A program made the translations under genes and the position numbers. From contig UYFQ01000760.1 of NCBI GenBank assembly GCA_900617105.1, forward strand, positions 1 through 35,506: a stretch of DNA of 35,506 bases. The letters are read 5' to 3'. Below, one piece after another: positions 1 through 10,500 of this stretch. Under the pieces are notes generated by a model that was not told where the DNA came from, searched no databases, and worked only from the letters and a program-made list of their open reading frames with translations. Positions within the stretch are counted from its first letter, which is position 1. Every line of letters starts with the position of its first letter. This DNA comes from Hydrurus foetidus. Lineage: Eukaryota.

Positions 1-651
1 AGTCCTGCACCTACTATAGTAAGCTTTTGTTGCTCATGTGTGTTGCCACCACACATGTCGACAGACCTGGATGATCGCATTCCTCCATAGCTCTCTTTCC
101 CGCGGGCATCTCGTTCACCCGCGTCTACGACGCCTCTGACATTTGACCTAATAGTACACCATATAATTTCGCGCAGTCTTTTATAAGCAATTCAGATGCA
201 GCTTCATATTTTTTACGTGAAGTTTCCATCGCTCTATGGCGACCAGTCCTGCTCCTTCAGGCGGGTCCGCAGGTTCCACCTGCTCCACGTAGTCGTAGAG
301 GATCCCGTCTATACCTATTATTTCTTTTACAGTAGATTCATAAGTACTGTACGTATATACTCGAAAACATTCGAGCCATTTCAACTTAGATTCTGGATCT
401 GCCGCTTGTCCTCGCGGCAAATCCAGGTAAGCACCTACCTCGGGCTTCCTACCTTTAGATATGGGTTTATGAGGCTCTCCTTGCCCTCTACCATATCGAC
501 CCCTGCCCCCGCCACGGGACTGGAATCTTCCATTGCCTCGTCCTCTCATCCTTGCAACTCTTTTGCAACTTCTAGCTAATCTATCTAAGGATGACTGTCG
601 TTTATGTTGAAAATCTGGCCGATTTACACGGAATTCCTTCCAAGCTCCCAA
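1..651 (-). pseudogene. Copia-type gag N-terminal fragment, frameshifted with in-frame stops
   Basis: RGG-rich start, EPADPP...ERWK segment, then LYGVLLGQMS..S motif in a shifted frame; TAG stops within 1-180. Confidence 0.55.
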
Positions 652-883
652 ACGATCCCTGCACTTCCGACTGCTAGCAACGCTCGCTCAAAAGAGAAGA
701 AGACGTTCTATTCTGTAAGTTGGATTAAACGACAGTGACATGCTGTCAATTACATCTAGGTAGCATAACATAAGTGCGAGGGTTGCGGTCAATGTTATCG
801 CTGAATGTACGTACACCTGTGAATGAAAACAATCATATATCACACAGGGTGCAAGATCCTAGTCTAATCCGGATATTCCAACA
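1..883 (-). mobile_element. 5' end (LTR + degenerate gag) of a Ty1/Copia-like LTR retrotransposon running off the window start
   Basis: Minus strand starts TGTTGGAATATCCGG at 883, nearly identical to the LTR terminus of the Copia at ~22932 (TCTTGGAGTATCCGG). RG-rich gag N-terminus (ORF 181-651) continues in another frame as KLYGVLLGQMSEAS*TRV...VVATHM with stops. Inner LTR boundary uncertain (~714). Confidence 0.65.
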
Positions 884-1776
884 GCACGCACCTCTTGCAA
901 GCTAAGTCCCACGGAACTCCGTACCATCAGGAACGCTGGAGCATCTGATAGTGTCAAGCTGCCGATATGTGCTGCCATCCTCATAGAAATGAGAGAACGA
1001 CTATGGGACGGTCATTTATGGAATGGTACTGGAGTAAAAAGCAGAATGGCGTACCTGGATGTATTTGGGGCTTTGACCAAACCTCTCGCATATCAGAGTA
1101 CACGAGACCTGAGCCAGGATCAGTCGACCACTGTGTGAGAGTGGATGACCTGACGTTTTACCTGTCGATCCCAAGTTTGATAGACGGTGTTGTTGGGAGC
1201 GAGTAGATGAATCTGTGTCTATCGAATGGTATTGAGGTCGGCGCGTTTGTAAAACAGATAATGGAATGTCGAGTTCTCGCCGCCAGTTGCAAAAACAAGG
1301 TGGTAGTCAAGTCCAAGCTCATATCCCGTCGTTCACCAGAAGAAGTTCAGTTTCTGGAAGACCTAGCTCTCTTTATCATTCGGAGCAGATCGGAGGGCGA
1401 AGACAACTTATTCAGTCACAGAGAGAGTGGGGGGCGATCTGTTTCTCTCACTGGAAAAACAGTCCGCACTCAGGTTAAGTTTACATGCGAGCTTCACGGT
1501 TTACCACCAGCATACTTTAGTTCATATTCTCTCCGGAAAGGTGGCATCACTCACATGAGATTAGCCGGTGCTACCGAGGACGATCGTAGAGACCGGGAAA
1601 ATTACGCTCCAAACTCACAAGTCATGAATCAGACTTATGACTACGCTACAGGACTGGGACCTTTGGCATCCAACAGTCTTGTCGGAAGTGTGATACCTTC
1701 AGTCATAGAAGTAAGGCGTTTGATACCAGTTCCCCGGAAGCCACGAGAGCAAGTCAGAGCGAATGCCCTTGGCTAG
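884..1776 (+). pseudogene. Tyrosine recombinase of a DIRS/Ngaro-like retrotransposon (or Crypton), disrupted
   Basis: Box I FDQTSRISEY; box II FSSYSLRKGG (HSLR with H->Y); DRENY and C-terminal TYDY. Upstream frame from 884 reads ...VKLPICAAILIEMRERLW...MAYL and shifts frame at ~1057; in-frame TAG at 1204-1206. Confidence 0.8.
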
Positions 1777-2527
1777 AGTGGGTGAAGGGCATCGGGACCC
1801 ACGATCCATCCGTAGCTAACCCGACCCAATTCTGAGAAGGAGAGGGTCGTCGAGGCGATGATCGGTAATATGAATCGCAAGCGAAGCCACATGTAAGATA
1901 ACATTACTCTTGCCTCTCTACTCTCTCTCGGGTTTACATACAACAACAGCCGGACCCTTAGGGGATAAGAAAGGGAGAGCTCGAACGCTCAAGGGAAACG
2001 AGCACCTCCCGTGTGACACATGTCACTAAACAGAATAGAACCGTGGTGCAAGGGGCCATAAAAGGAGAGGGGACGGTTTCACTGGTGGGCCAACTCAAAG
2101 AAATTCTCACAACCGTCTCACCTAAGATTGAAATACCAAGGTAATTATCGGCCCGACTATCCAGCAAACCGACCCAGCAAACAGTTCCAGCAAAATGAGT
2201 TACCGGATAACTTTTTCACGATTTTTGAATTACGTTGCAATATTTTAACAGAATTTTTAAGATGCGAAATGATTCAGCCCAGCAGCATCGGCGATTGAAA
2301 ATCAAAATCACATTCCACATTCCTTTTCAATCATATACTAAGAAGAATTCGCAAGTACCTTTCTGACTTCAGCTCAATCGTGCAGAATCAGGTATGCTTG
2401 AGGCCCTACCTGGCAGCTGCAGCCGTGGGCACAGCTCTTCCAGCGGAATTTTTCTGAGCAATGGAAATATCTCCGGCTGCCACCAAAAGCAATAAAATTG
2501 ATTTTCATGATCTAGCCAGTCACCATT

Positions 2528-3851
2528 ATGGTCAGTAACCTACTATGCAACAATGCCGCCGTACTGTCTCGCAAAGAATCCTTTGCGATGATTCTCCTGC
2601 AAGGAATTCTGCAACTTCTCATGCGAGCTAACGGCCCTGTGGCCTACCAAAGGTGTCTTGATATTGATGAGTGGGAAGATCTGCCAGCTGAAAGGATCGC
2701 TGTAACTGAGTTGACTATAGACGGATGCAGAGAGGAAACGTGCTACTCGCAGTACAGATTCTTGAAGCGTGATCTCAGGCATCTCTTCATCGCCCTGCAA
2801 TTCCCAGAGAAAATTGTGCTGTCCAATGGATCTGTAATTCCCGGCAAGAAAGCATTCTTGATGATGCTCTATAGAATAGCATACCCTCGCCGCCTAGTTG
2901 ATATGGAGGAGTATTTTGGCAGAGAGTATTCGACTATTTCTGGTTGTTTCAATTTTGTAGTGGCACTCATGGATGCGGAACATGGACATCTGCTGGTGGA
3001 TAATTTGGAATCATTTCTACCCCGGTTTCCAGAGTATAATAGGGTCATACTGGAGAGGATTGCCCTCTCCAACAATAACCAGATTCCTGACCGAGATATG
3101 ATGAGGGTCGGATTTCTAGATGGTACTAAAAGAGAAATTTGCCGCCCTCTTGGCAACAATTATCTGCTGCGAGCTGTGTTTGATGGACCCCTGCACGAGC
3201 ATAATCTTGGCTTCCAAGGTATACTGAAGACACCTCCATCCTACCACACTGCCAATTTGCCTGAATTTTAAGATGTTTTAAGATGTTTTAAGATGTTTTA
3301 AGTCGTTTTAAGACGTCTTAAAACGTTTCTGAAGACGTTTTGTACTCAATTCTCATGACCTGTCTATTTTTCCTATGTCATTATATTATTCAGGATTATC
3401 CGCGCCCGACGGCCTTCTCATGGACCTCTTTGGGCCCATCTCGGTAAGGCATCACGATATGGTGATGGTCAGAGAAAGTAGCATAAATAATCGAATTAGA
3501 GATTTACAGATTGGTTGTGAGAATCAATACACAATGTATGCAGATAAAGGTTATGTAGATATGACTCACTTAGTAGCAGCATATCATGGAGTGCATTTAA
3601 CATTACCTCAAATCCAAGTAAATGGCGTGTTAGCACTAGTAAGAGTAACTGTTGAGTGGTGATTTGGTAAAATAACTGAGTGTAAAAAATATCTTGACTT
3701 CCCACGTTCACAACAACTCCAACTCCAGCCAATTGCCAAGTACTATCGGTTAGCTGCACTACTGATGAATGCACACACTTGTCTACATGCCAGTCAGACT
3801 AGCGCACTTTTTGGTCTGAAGCCTCCTTCACTAGGAGATTACTTTGACTGA
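2528..3851 (+). pseudogene. HARBI1/DDE_Tnp_4-like transposase, 2 exons (2528-3218, 3394-3851), premature TGA at 3660-3662
   Basis: YRF.K.DL..L...L and L.R.AYP.RL.DM...FGR motifs; catalytic GFLDGT, YADKGY, RVTVEW; GT-AG intron 3219-3393 joins FQG|LSAPDG; after the stop the frame continues FGKI...NAHTCLHASQTSALFGLKPPSLGDYFD*. Confidence 0.88.
3267..3342 (+). repeat. 10-bp minisatellite (TTTAAGATGT)n inside the transposase intron
   Basis: Three perfect plus 3-4 degenerate units. Confidence 0.9.
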
Positions 3852-3959
3852 ATTGACAGGATTCCAGTGTGAGATGTATTACGATTAATATTACGATTAA
3901 CTACACTGAAAAATCACGCTTCGACATATAATTGAGTTGCAATATTTAACAGCGATAAT

Positions 3960-5050
3960 TTAAGCAGCATCTTTAAGACTCTTCTCGAGAAACATGAGTT
4001 TGTATTGAAGCCTCAGATTTTCTCCCTTGATCTCCTCCAGTTGCACCCGCTGCGCGAAAGTAAAGTCATCAGTCTCTGCTCTCCTACTGCTGCTGCTACT
4101 GGAGCTCTCGGAGCTGCCATCGGCATTTTGCTTCCTGAGATATTGAGTTGTCGCAGATAACATTTCATTCATGACTACTTCTGTTGACTTTCTATACGGT
4201 GTTATATTTGGCGCATCTGAGTGATCTCTAGACAAGTCATGGATGCGTCCGTCCCCTTCTTTCCTGTGCTTCTTACGGTGTCCATCTGTCTGCTCCGTAG
4301 GGTCAGATTCATCCTCTGCATTCAAATTAATAGGTACGTCAGAAATCTCTAATCGTTTCGCAATTATGATGACATGACCGAATACCTGTCTCATTTTTCT
4401 TTTCAGCGCTTTATGCACTGACTGATGCAGTCGATCTTCCAGATTTGCTAACTTTCTTAACCTCCTCATCTTGTAATTCCATCTTATCGATGCCGGCATC
4501 TTTTTTTGCCTTCTTCATCGCTGGTGTCGTATCCCGTTTGATGTCCTTTCCAGAGGCATCTTTTCTGCAAGGCCTATCTTCGTCCACTGCGATAGATAGT
4601 AGCATGTTGTAGGCCCTAAGAATGTTTTCGTCACTGATGTCGCCAGCAGTGGTTACACCCAAGGTCAGCTTTGTGACACATTTAATGCCTGGGTTAGGCT
4701 CGGACTCTGTTTTATTACCCTGCAAGAAGCATGACATTTTTGTTAAATAATGAAGAGATGGAGCTTTAATGTCAAGTATTTACCTGTAGGTCGAGAATTT
4801 CCTCCCATAGCGACTTCAACATGCCATATTTCTTTACAATGGTTGGTGGTTTAATAGTACCTTTGGTGTTAGACGCCTGAAACATGGCTTGACGTGATAG
4901 CAGGACTATTATTAGTGTGTTCTGAAAGCTAAATGTTTCACCATGACTTGCGTTGTGGCACCTCTCAACTCTCTCCTAGTTGGAAAGCACCTCGACCATC
5001 GCAAGTGATCGGTGAATATCGAACATGTTTGCCGACATTAGCCAACGTGC
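3960..5050 (-). pseudogene. Harbinger accessory ORF (Myb/SANT-like DNA-binding protein), spliced, with frame disruption near 4410-4500; 5' end uncertain
   Basis: GT-AG intron 4783-4720 joins IVKKYGMLKSLWEEILDLQ|GNKT (SANT helix-3-like); charged, Ser-rich, coiled-coil-like C-terminus; tail-to-tail with the transposase. Confidence 0.55.
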
Positions 5051-6161
5051 GCCAGATTCTCAAGCAATCTGCAGATGTGCGGACACCCTACTACTGAGCA
5101 TTTGAGGTATGTAACTCTCACTCCGATATTGTGATTCATCCTGTAGCGAGAGAGCCTTATCTCCTCGACGAACTCGTTGACCTAGGCAACTGTTTGAGGC
5201 AGATAGTTAATTCGTTACATTCCGCATTAATGAGTGTAATCAAAGATGTTGAAAATATTACCGGTATTAAATGTCTGATTTCTCTGCCAGTTGAGACCAT
5301 CCGAACGGCTTTGACAACAATGATTTCTTCGTCGATAGCATCTGTGTCGTCCATTTCTCTTAATTTGGGACGGAAGCGGTAGAATCTGCTGTGGGAAAGA
5401 TTTCTTTAAATTATCATGTACTGCACTGATTTGGGTGGTATCTGAAATGACAAAGTTGGTGGCTGTCAGAAATAGTGGTTGCGAGTGATTCTTTCTGTGA
5501 GAATCTTAAAACTTTAGCTGTGGATTCTTAGAAAAAGCTGATCTTTCTAGGTTAAAGTGTTTTTTTCTACCGTCGAGTGCCTATTCTTCTGCCATTTTGA
5601 AGTGAGAATAGGATTTTAACAACGGTCAGAATCACGGAAATTTTGACAGGGTAATTGCCAACGGGAACTGCTGACTCCTTGGACATAGAATTTCACGCAA
5701 ATATGATAGTGGATTCGGAAAGAGCATAATTATCTTAGTTACACTGTCTATTCAGTGTTCCATCTGCGCTCCCCAAAATCGAGAAATTTCGATTGCAAGG
5801 GACCGAAAGTTCATTTTGGATCGCGATTTGCAGCCGATCTGCTCATCATAGATGCATGACCATCATATATCAATAGATGCGGACAACTTCAGGCAACACC
5901 TGACACATCTCATTGTCGCGGAATTGCTGGAAAACAGCCAAAAATCCCCGAAATTCCGAAAACCGGAAACGACGACTTTTCGCTGTAACCGGTCCCAGAG
6001 CGGGAACCGAAAACAAGGATATATAGTTTTTAAGTAGCTCTCGTCGAGATAAGTACGGTAATGGTACTATTGTATAGTCGCTTCGTATTATTTAGAGCAG
6101 GGGAGCGATTTTAAAAAGACGGAAAATTTCGGATGGAAAAAAACGGGGGGGGAAATTGATG

Positions 6162-6237
6162 GGGACCGTTTAGAGGAAGCTTGGGACTGTTTACAGGGAG
6201 CATGGGACCGTTTACAGAAAGCATGGGACCGTTTACA
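6162..6237 (+). repeat. 21-bp tandem repeat (GGGACCGTTTACAGRRAGCAT) x3.6
   Basis: Units start at 6162, 6183, 6204, 6225; core related to GGGACCGGTTACA at ~14047, ~14071, 14208 and inverted at 5984-5996. Confidence 0.9.
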
Positions 6238-6916
6238 TGTAAATTGCATTTTTGAGTAGATCTCATCAAAATAATGTGTAGTATGGTACTTAAAAGCATT
6301 GCACTTTCGATATTCGTTGCGAAAAACAGTTTCTTAGATTTTTAGGACCTACTGATGTGGTCGGGGATCGAAGACAGATATAAGGTCTCAATATCCATCT
6401 AAAACACTGTTATGATGCAGCCGAATGTTGAACTACTATCAAACAAGATATAAAACTGCTATATGTATGTATCATAATCATGGAAATAAAGTGGGGTCGA
6501 TGAATTCGATGTATTACGAAAGTTATTAACTTTATAAAGCCATAATATTGTGAGTATATGTGTGTAGGTAAGAGTTAATGGAAATAAGTGTAAAACATAT
6601 AATAATAATCGAATTACTACAACTAATAGCTGTATTTGGTTTCATTTTGTGTGATCTATCGCATGAATGATCTGTCATGGGGTGGTTCGATAAGCGTGAA
6701 ATGATGTAATCGGTTCAAAACAACTGCAGGGGAAGTACAGCAGTAATCATCTAAAACACTGTTCTGATACAGCAGTATAACAACATTTTACGAGAGTTGG
6801 TGGGGTGCCGGGTTGAATTATTCTATGCTGACCTTCGGCTTTACTCCATCAGAATTCAGAATATATTAACAGCTGAGCTCTACGTCAACTCGGTTACAAC
6901 CAGTGGGGACCGCCTT

Positions 6917-7112
6917 TGTGGCCCTGAAGGAACTAGGCTAGAGGGCTAGGAGGTGTTGGGTTAGGCTTACAAAGGGGTTGTTGAACTATATATGAGCAGG
7001 GAAACATCCTACCAGGGTGCTAGGAGTCTACCTAGAAGTCTACAGTGTGTTTGGGTATGAACCCAAACAGACGGAATGGGGTCCAAGGTCCCGAGGGCCC
7101 CAGACGGCTACA
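6917..7112 (-). repeat. Gypsy 3' LTR
   Basis: Identical by eye to 13837-14032. Confidence 0.97.
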
Positions 7113-7160
7113 CTACCCCCACTTATTTTAACTAAAATTGAAATCAATTTTGAGAATGAA

Positions 7161-7308
7161 TAAACTAGGCTAGCGCTTTTAGGAAGGGCAAGTAAACTAA
7201 CGCTTCTTAAGGAAGAGTGAAAATCGTTTTTTTAGAACTGATTTTTATGATCTAAACTAACGCTTCAGAAGGAAGAGTAACTAAACTAGCGCTTCATAAT
7301 GAAGGGCA
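7161..7308. repeat. Four imperfect ~28-bp direct repeats in the Gypsy 3' UTR
   Basis: TAAACTA(A/G)CGCTTC-N5-GAAG(A/G)G at 7193, 7253, 7282 and a degenerate copy at 7161. Confidence 0.8.
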
Positions 7309-7527
7309 CCATTTTCAAAAATTAGATGACATTTTTTATTTCCTTTCAGAAATATGTATAAAACACCATACAATGTGTGAAAAGAAAGAAAAAAAGAAGG
7401 GGGGGTTGTGTGTAGAGTGTGTGTACTCGTGAATGATTATGTCAGATTTGTACTGACTAACCTCCGTAAAAAAACTCAAGTAATTGAGGTAAAAAAATAT
7501 TTAGGAGTAATCTTCAAAAGATATCAT

Positions 7528-10500
7528 TCACGGTTCTTCCCTTGTATTGGGAGTCATATTTCGAAATTCTTTTGGAATAACGTGCAACATGTTGTTATTG
7601 CGCAGATACGTATGAAGTTGATCTGTGGCGCGCATGGACTTCCATGGTTCCCATGAATTATGGTTTGAATCGTAGTTCAACCATTTAACATAAAATTTCA
7701 TTGTAGAAGGTTTCTTTTTATTTCCAACGTGGGAAACGATCTCTTCAATAAAAAATTCCATGTAGTCGCGACGAGCTGTGTCAGTCGGTGATTGGGAAGT
7801 TGGGTTGAACCTAAACGGTTTCAACTGACTTGCATGAACATCACGATTTTTCTTCGTGATAAGATTTTTAATAGTGTATTCACTTTTATCATAGCTTACA
7901 ACAAGAAATGGGCCCAGCCACATACTGTGCAATCTAGTCTCAGCACCTCTAGGGTTGAGAGTGAGAACGTACGAACCTATTGGAAAAATAGTTCTAGGTT
8001 CTGTATTAACGGCTACACGGTTAATATCTGTTGTCTTCAACTTATTTATCGCTAAATCGTTGAGTTGCGTTTGGATGAGCAGCATGTCTGCAATCACCTT
8101 CGACGAACGAGTCGGAACTTGTGTTTGATCTGGAAACCTAACAAGAATACCTCTATCAAGGTTTAGTTGGTTTCCAAACAGCAAGCTAGCTGGTGAAGCT
8201 CCCGTACTTGAATGTACGGAACTGTTGATAATTCTCTGCACGAAAGGCAGGCAAAGCCTGTAGGCTTCGAGATTTGTAGAGTGGAATGTAAAAGCACGTA
8301 AGTGTCGATTAACTTCCTTATTAACTCTTTCCACTATAGCATTCTCCTGCTTTGAGTATGCCAAGGTTAAGTTGTGGGGGTCCCTGTACGGAGTAAGAAC
8401 TCACGTATGATTTCATTCATGAAATGAGATCCACGATCCGATCGGATCATGCTTGGTGCACCAAATCTACCGAAGAATTGTAGAAGGCATTCACATGCAC
8501 ATTGTGCAGTGTTGTTAACACACCAGTAAAGCTCAGTCCATCTTGTGAATGAACAAATCATTACCAAAACATATCCATTATCCGGATACGGACCAATATA
8601 GTCGATGTTGACTGTGTCAAACGGTCTATAAGTAGACGTTGTGTATTTATGAATGTGAACAGGGATTTTGATCACACTCATTTTTTGGCAACATGCGCAA
8701 TTGCGGATGAAGTCTCTAACATGGGATGTCATGTCGAGCCATTCCTCATCTATACTTGACAGTTTATCGAGGGTACGAGCAATGCCTCCATGTCCCACCA
8801 TGGCATTATGGCACATCTCTATAGCTTCGAGTTGTAACTCGGTAACAGGTGCAACTTCATGTAGAGCTGATATATGAACATCAATTTCCTCCACTCTAGT
8901 AGGTGGGTCAAGAATCACCAACTGTGTTAAGTTAGGACATAACCGAGACAGTGCATCGGCAATGAAGTTCTTGGGTCCACTTATATAGGACACAGTGTAG
9001 TCTAGCTCTTGGAGAGCCATCGACCATCTATTTACCATTGCTGATGGATCTTGACCTAAGAAGGTTAAGTTCTTATGATCAGTATGGATGATAAATTTTC
9101 TATCTCTTATAAGAGAGTCAAGTTGTTTACAGCAAAAATATATTGCATAGGCCTCCTTTTGAATGGTAGACCATTTAACTTGTGTTGCGCTAAGCGACTT
9201 ACTCACAAATGAGATTGGATTCTTGACAGAATTAGTTACTTGGAATAATACTCCACCTACTCCGTAGTCAGAGGCATCGGTGTATAACTCGATGGGTGAC
9301 ACTTCGTCTAAGAAGTGTAGCAGCGGACAGCGGGATATGGCTTGTCTTATGAGAACAAAAGCCTTATCTGCTTCCGTAGTCCACTGAAGGGCTGACTTTT
9401 TCCTCCCTTTAGGGTCAATCATCCTCTGAAGGGGTGCAACGATGTCGGAATGAAAAGGAACAAAATTCCTGAAGTAATTCGCCAAGCCCAACAGACTTCG
9501 TAAAGAAGTAAGTGTCATGGGTTTTGGGAAATTTAGGACAGATTCAATCTTCTCTTTTGACATTGATATGCCCTGAGAAGAGATCTGTCTGCCAACATAA
9601 TCGATCTGAGACATCCCAAATCTACATTTCTTTGCTTTAAGCAGTAAACCAAAACAGCGAAAACGTCGAAAGACTCGTTCTAGTCTCTCCAGGAACTCGT
9701 CCTGGCCTCGTGCAAAAACGATACAATCGTCTAAGTACATCTCACAAGAAATGTAGATGAGTCCATTAAGGACAATAGTCGCCATCATCTCTTGGAAGTA
9801 AGAGGGGGCTCTCCGAGGACCGAAGGGGAGTCTGGTGAATTGGTATACACCGCAATAACAAATGAACGCAGTCAGGACCTTGGATCCTTGATCCATAGGT
9901 GCCTGATGGTAACCAGAAGTTAAATCCATAACTCCGAATATGACTGGCTGTTGATGGCCGATTCTCTCAAAAAGAGCTCGAATGTTCGGAAGCGGCCAGC
10001 TGGAAGCCTGTGTGCATTTGTTCAGATTTCGGTAGTCAATGCAAAATCTGAACAAGTCAGCTGTTCTCTGTACTATGACAGGATGGCTATAATAAACCGC
10101 ATTCGATTCCTCGATGACTCCCGAGTTCAACATCTCATCGATGGCACGTTTGATCTCTCGTTCTTTTCGAACTGATTGGAGACGAACGGCTGTTCTATTT
10201 TTAGAACATTCCCAATCCCTTTTATTGACCTTTATAACAAAGGGGGAAGTCTAGCCGGTTTAACTGCTAGCTTATCACTAAATATGTCTGCATATTTAAG
10301 ACAGAGTTGTCTAATAAGAAATTGTTGGTGTTCCGTTCCATCAATTTTTATCTGTGACAAAAAGTCCTCTGGCCCTGGAGGCGGAGCAGTCTGCTGAACG
10401 CGTTCAGGTAAGAATGGGCGAAATGTATCCGTCTTATCATTATCTATCTCGTCAGAAGAGATTATGATACCACTAGGTGTTTCCACTGTAGTAGCTGTTG

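Larger units (their letters stand above)
2150..5560. mobile_element. PIF/Harbinger-superfamily (PHIS) DNA transposon with two convergent genes; boundaries approximate
   Basis: DDE_Tnp_4-like transposase on +, Myb/SANT-like ORF on -; CCAGCAAA x3 at 2161-2195 looks like a left terminal/subterminal motif; matching right TIR not found. Confidence 0.7.

Noticed and set aside
6162..6237. Regular repeats as a CRISPR array (also 7161-7308)
   Set aside because: No unique spacers of consistent length, no cas genes, eukaryotic context
7048..7069. 9-bp hairpin TGTTTGGGT-ATGA-ACCCAAACA in the Gypsy LTR as a terminator
   Set aside because: Real dyad but no basis for a function; bacterial-type terminators do not apply here
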